A DNA stretch of 36,133 nucleotides, from UHGV virus genome UHGV-1536779; one strand, given 5' to 3'. The notes beneath the pieces are model-generated. The model was not told the origin of the DNA and made no database searches. It was given only the letters and a program-made list of their open reading frames with translations. Origin of the DNA: a virus. This document shows, in pieces, positions 35,011-36,133 of this stretch (positions are counted from its first letter, which is position 1; each line of letters starts with the position of its first letter). A program made the translations under genes and the position numbers.

Positions 35011-35327
35011 TTAAAATTGATGACATTTTAAATAGCCATTATACCAATGATGACGGTGAAAAGTTATACGAGATAATTATTTCCCATTTTTCTAAGAATC
35101 AAAGTGTTGAACTTTCTTTTGAAAATATAGATTCTGTAAATACATCATTTGTTAATTCGGCTTTTATAAAGTTACTAGACTTGTATAGTTTTGAAATGAT
35201 TAGAACCAATTTAACATTTGTAAATACAAATAGACAAATAAATAACTTGATAAGAAATAGATTTAAATTTGAAGTTGCAAAAAAGATGACCAATAGTATG
35301 CATACGCAAATGAAAGTATTTGCGTAA
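35001..35327 (+). CDS. Small STAS-like protein (DUF4325-like), partner of the GHKL fusion
   Basis: 108 aa. GGAGGAG RBS. Overlaps the upstream stop codon. SVELSFENIDSVNTSFVNSAFIKLLDL resembles the STAS / DUF4325 core (family assignment from memory). Confidence 0.5.
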   Translation: MVLIKIDDILNSHYTNDDGEKLYEIIISHFSKNQSVELSFENIDSVNTSFVNSAFIKLLDLYSFEMIRTNLTFVNTNRQINNLIRNRFKFEVAKKMTNSMHTQMKVFA

Positions 35328-35331
35328 AAAG

Positions 35332-35368
35332 AGGCTCGGTTCACTACTGGATCGGGCTTCTTTTTATT
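35332..35368 (+). terminator. Hairpin AGGCTCGGT-N10-ATCGGGCTT followed by TTTTTATTT
   Basis: 9-bp stem including 3 G-U pairs, then a T-tract, after the cassette stop codon. Confidence 0.4.
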
Positions 35369-35371
35369 TCA

Positions 35372-35445
35372 GGACCATTAGCTCAGTTGGTTAGAGCAAA
35401 CGGCTCATAACCGTTCGGTCACAGGTTCGAGTCCTGTATGGTCCA
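35372..35445 (+). tRNA. tRNA with CAU anticodon: elongator tRNA-Met, or more likely a tRNA-Ile2 (lysidine) type
   Basis: Hand-folded 74-nt cloverleaf: GGACCAT-TA-GCTC-AGTTGGTTA-GAGC-A-AACGG-CTCATAA-CCGTT-CGGTC-ACAGG-TTCGAGT-CCTGT-ATGGTCC-A. No three consecutive G-C pairs in the anticodon stem, so not an initiator. C4/C5 in the acceptor stem and the CTCATAA loop resemble the Bacillus tRNA-Ile2 as recalled. Confidence 0.8.
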
Positions 35446-35452
35446 TAGTTAA

Positions 35453-35492
35453 ACACCTACCTCTTTTCTTATGAGAGATAGGTGTTTTTTTG
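35453..35492 (+). terminator. Strong intrinsic terminator (ACACCTACCTC-N11-GAGATAGGTGT followed by TTTTTTTGTT)
   Basis: 10 of 11 bp stem followed by T7. Confidence 0.8.
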
Positions 35493-35555
35493 TTATGTTA
35501 ATATTTTTTTGTTGAAAAATAGAACAAACGTTCGTATAATATTTCTGATAGGAGA

Positions 35556-36050
35556 GTGTATCAGATGGTGAGACGAACTAAAAAAGAGTTTAAACCTTAC
35601 AACGATTATGTTGACAGGCCATTCGAATTAAAGTGGCCCACAGCTTTTCCATTGGGTGAATTAACAGAAGCAATTAAAAACACAGACGAATACCACGCTC
35701 GAAACATCAAGCGATTACCCCAACAATCCCAACAGCAAATAGAATATTTTTTAGATCGCTCTATTAAGCAAAATAAGGTACTAGAAATTCAGCTGAACTC
35801 ATTAGATGAATATGATCGTGTAAAACCACATGTTTTTGGTGTTTTCCGTGGGATGGCAGAATTTGACGTCGTGTTGATTGGAGAAAATGAAGTAGATTTT
35901 TACGATATAAGACATATCCAGATTCATAATTTCACGAAATGGAGTGAAGAATATGTGATAGAAGAAAATCCATTCGAGGAAGAACAAGAACACTGCGAAA
36001 CGATAGATGAATTTGTGGACGAATATTTCAATGATGAGTGGATAGAATAA
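35556..36050 (+). CDS. Hypothetical protein, weakly YolD-like
   Basis: 164 aa. GAGAG RBS. Segments FELKWPTAF and VFGVFRGMAEFDVVLIGE ... IRHIQI faintly resemble YolD-like proteins. No umuC partner is present. Confidence 0.3.
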   Translation: MYQMVRRTKKEFKPYNDYVDRPFELKWPTAFPLGELTEAIKNTDEYHARNIKRLPQQSQQQIEYFLDRSIKQNKVLEIQLNSLDEYDRVKPHVFGVFRGMAEFDVVLIGENEVDFYDIRHIQIHNFTKWSEEYVIEENPFEEEQEHCETIDEFVDEYFNDEWIE

Positions 36051-36063
36051 TTAAAAACGCAAA

Positions 36064-36104
36064 AGCTCTGCTTCTCAGTTACGGGAAGTAGAGCTTTTTT
36101 GTTT
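36064..36104 (+). terminator. Strong intrinsic terminator (AGCTCTGCTTC-N10-GAAGTAGAGCT followed by TTTTTTGTTT)
   Basis: 11-bp stem with one G-U pair, followed by T6. Confidence 0.8.
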
Positions 36105-36133
36105 GCACTAAAATATATCATCCATCTGGTTAG

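Noticed and set aside
35372-35445. tRNA (CAU) as the integration target of the prophage
   Set aside because: Large serine integrases typically integrate into protein-coding or intergenic sites rather than tRNA 3' ends. The integrase is at the opposite end, and no partial tRNA duplication is present near position 1.
52-36129. 9-bp direct repeat TCCATCTGG near both window ends (52-60 and 36121-36129) as possible att core
   Set aside because: The left copy lies inside the integrase coding sequence. Serine-integrase attL and attR share only a 2-bp crossover, and a single 9-mer match between the ends of a 36-kb AT-rich window is not compelling. Flanking bases do not extend the match.
1-36133. CRISPR arrays, rRNA genes, IS elements / transposases
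   Set aside because: No regularly spaced direct repeats with unique spacers, no rRNA-like conserved blocks, and no transposase-like ORFs or terminal inverted repeats were found. The only recombinases are the serine integrase and the internal tyrosine recombinase.

Overview
The window is almost entirely one cos-type, siphovirus-like temperate prophage of a low-GC Gram-positive (Lactobacillales-like) host: GC is low and RBSs are GGAGG-type. Morphogenesis is HK97-like.

Left to right:
- (i) Lysogeny module on the minus strand: a large serine recombinase at the window edge, an Ltp-like lipoprotein, an ImmA-like HEXXH metallopeptidase and an XRE/cI-like repressor.
- (ii) A 320-bp switch region with two consensus sigma-A promoters arranged face to face and TTAGCTAA-type operator palindromes, followed by a 58-aa Cro-like HTH protein that is absent from the ORF track.
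- (iii) Early/replication module: small unknown proteins, RecT and a YqaJ-like exonuclease, a DnaD-domain replisome organizer with iteron-like internal repeats, a DnaC/IstB-like loader, a small Zn-ribbon protein, a DUF1064 nuclease and acidic unknown proteins.
- (iv) An unusual accessory block: a C5-cytosine-MTase-like gene, a GCGGCCGC palindrome, an N6-MTase-like N-terminal-domain ORF lacking the NPPF/Y catalytic motif and translationally coupled to a complete tyrosine recombinase, and a Myb/SANT-like repeat protein.
- (v) An MmcB-like PD-(D/E)XK protein, an ArpU-family late regulator, and a phage-borne tRNA-Trp(CCA) preceded by a 12-bp inverted repeat and followed by a terminator.
- (vi) Packaging: HNH endonuclease, a G-rich candidate cos region, P27-family TerS and TerL.
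- (vii) Structural genes: portal, HK97 prohead protease, major capsid, connectors, major tail, chaperone, tape measure, Dit, a Tal with lysozyme-like and CHAP domains, BppU-like protein, tandem paralogous small fibre-module ORFs, and XkdX.
- (viii) Lysis: a phiLC3-type holin and a signal-peptide-bearing GH25 endolysin with two LysM repeats.
- (ix) Terminator-insulated moron cassettes: a Ser-rich lipoprotein, then a two-gene cassette comprising a STAS-GHKL ATPase/kinase fusion and a STAS-like (DUF4325-like) partner. After these come a tRNA with a CAU anticodon, a YolD-like ORF and strong terminators.

The STAS-GHKL/STAS cassette and the MTase-fragment/tyrosine-recombinase block are the most likely places for an undescribed system. 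Neither att site can be resolved; the left one is presumably off-window. No CRISPR array, rRNA or IS element was seen.
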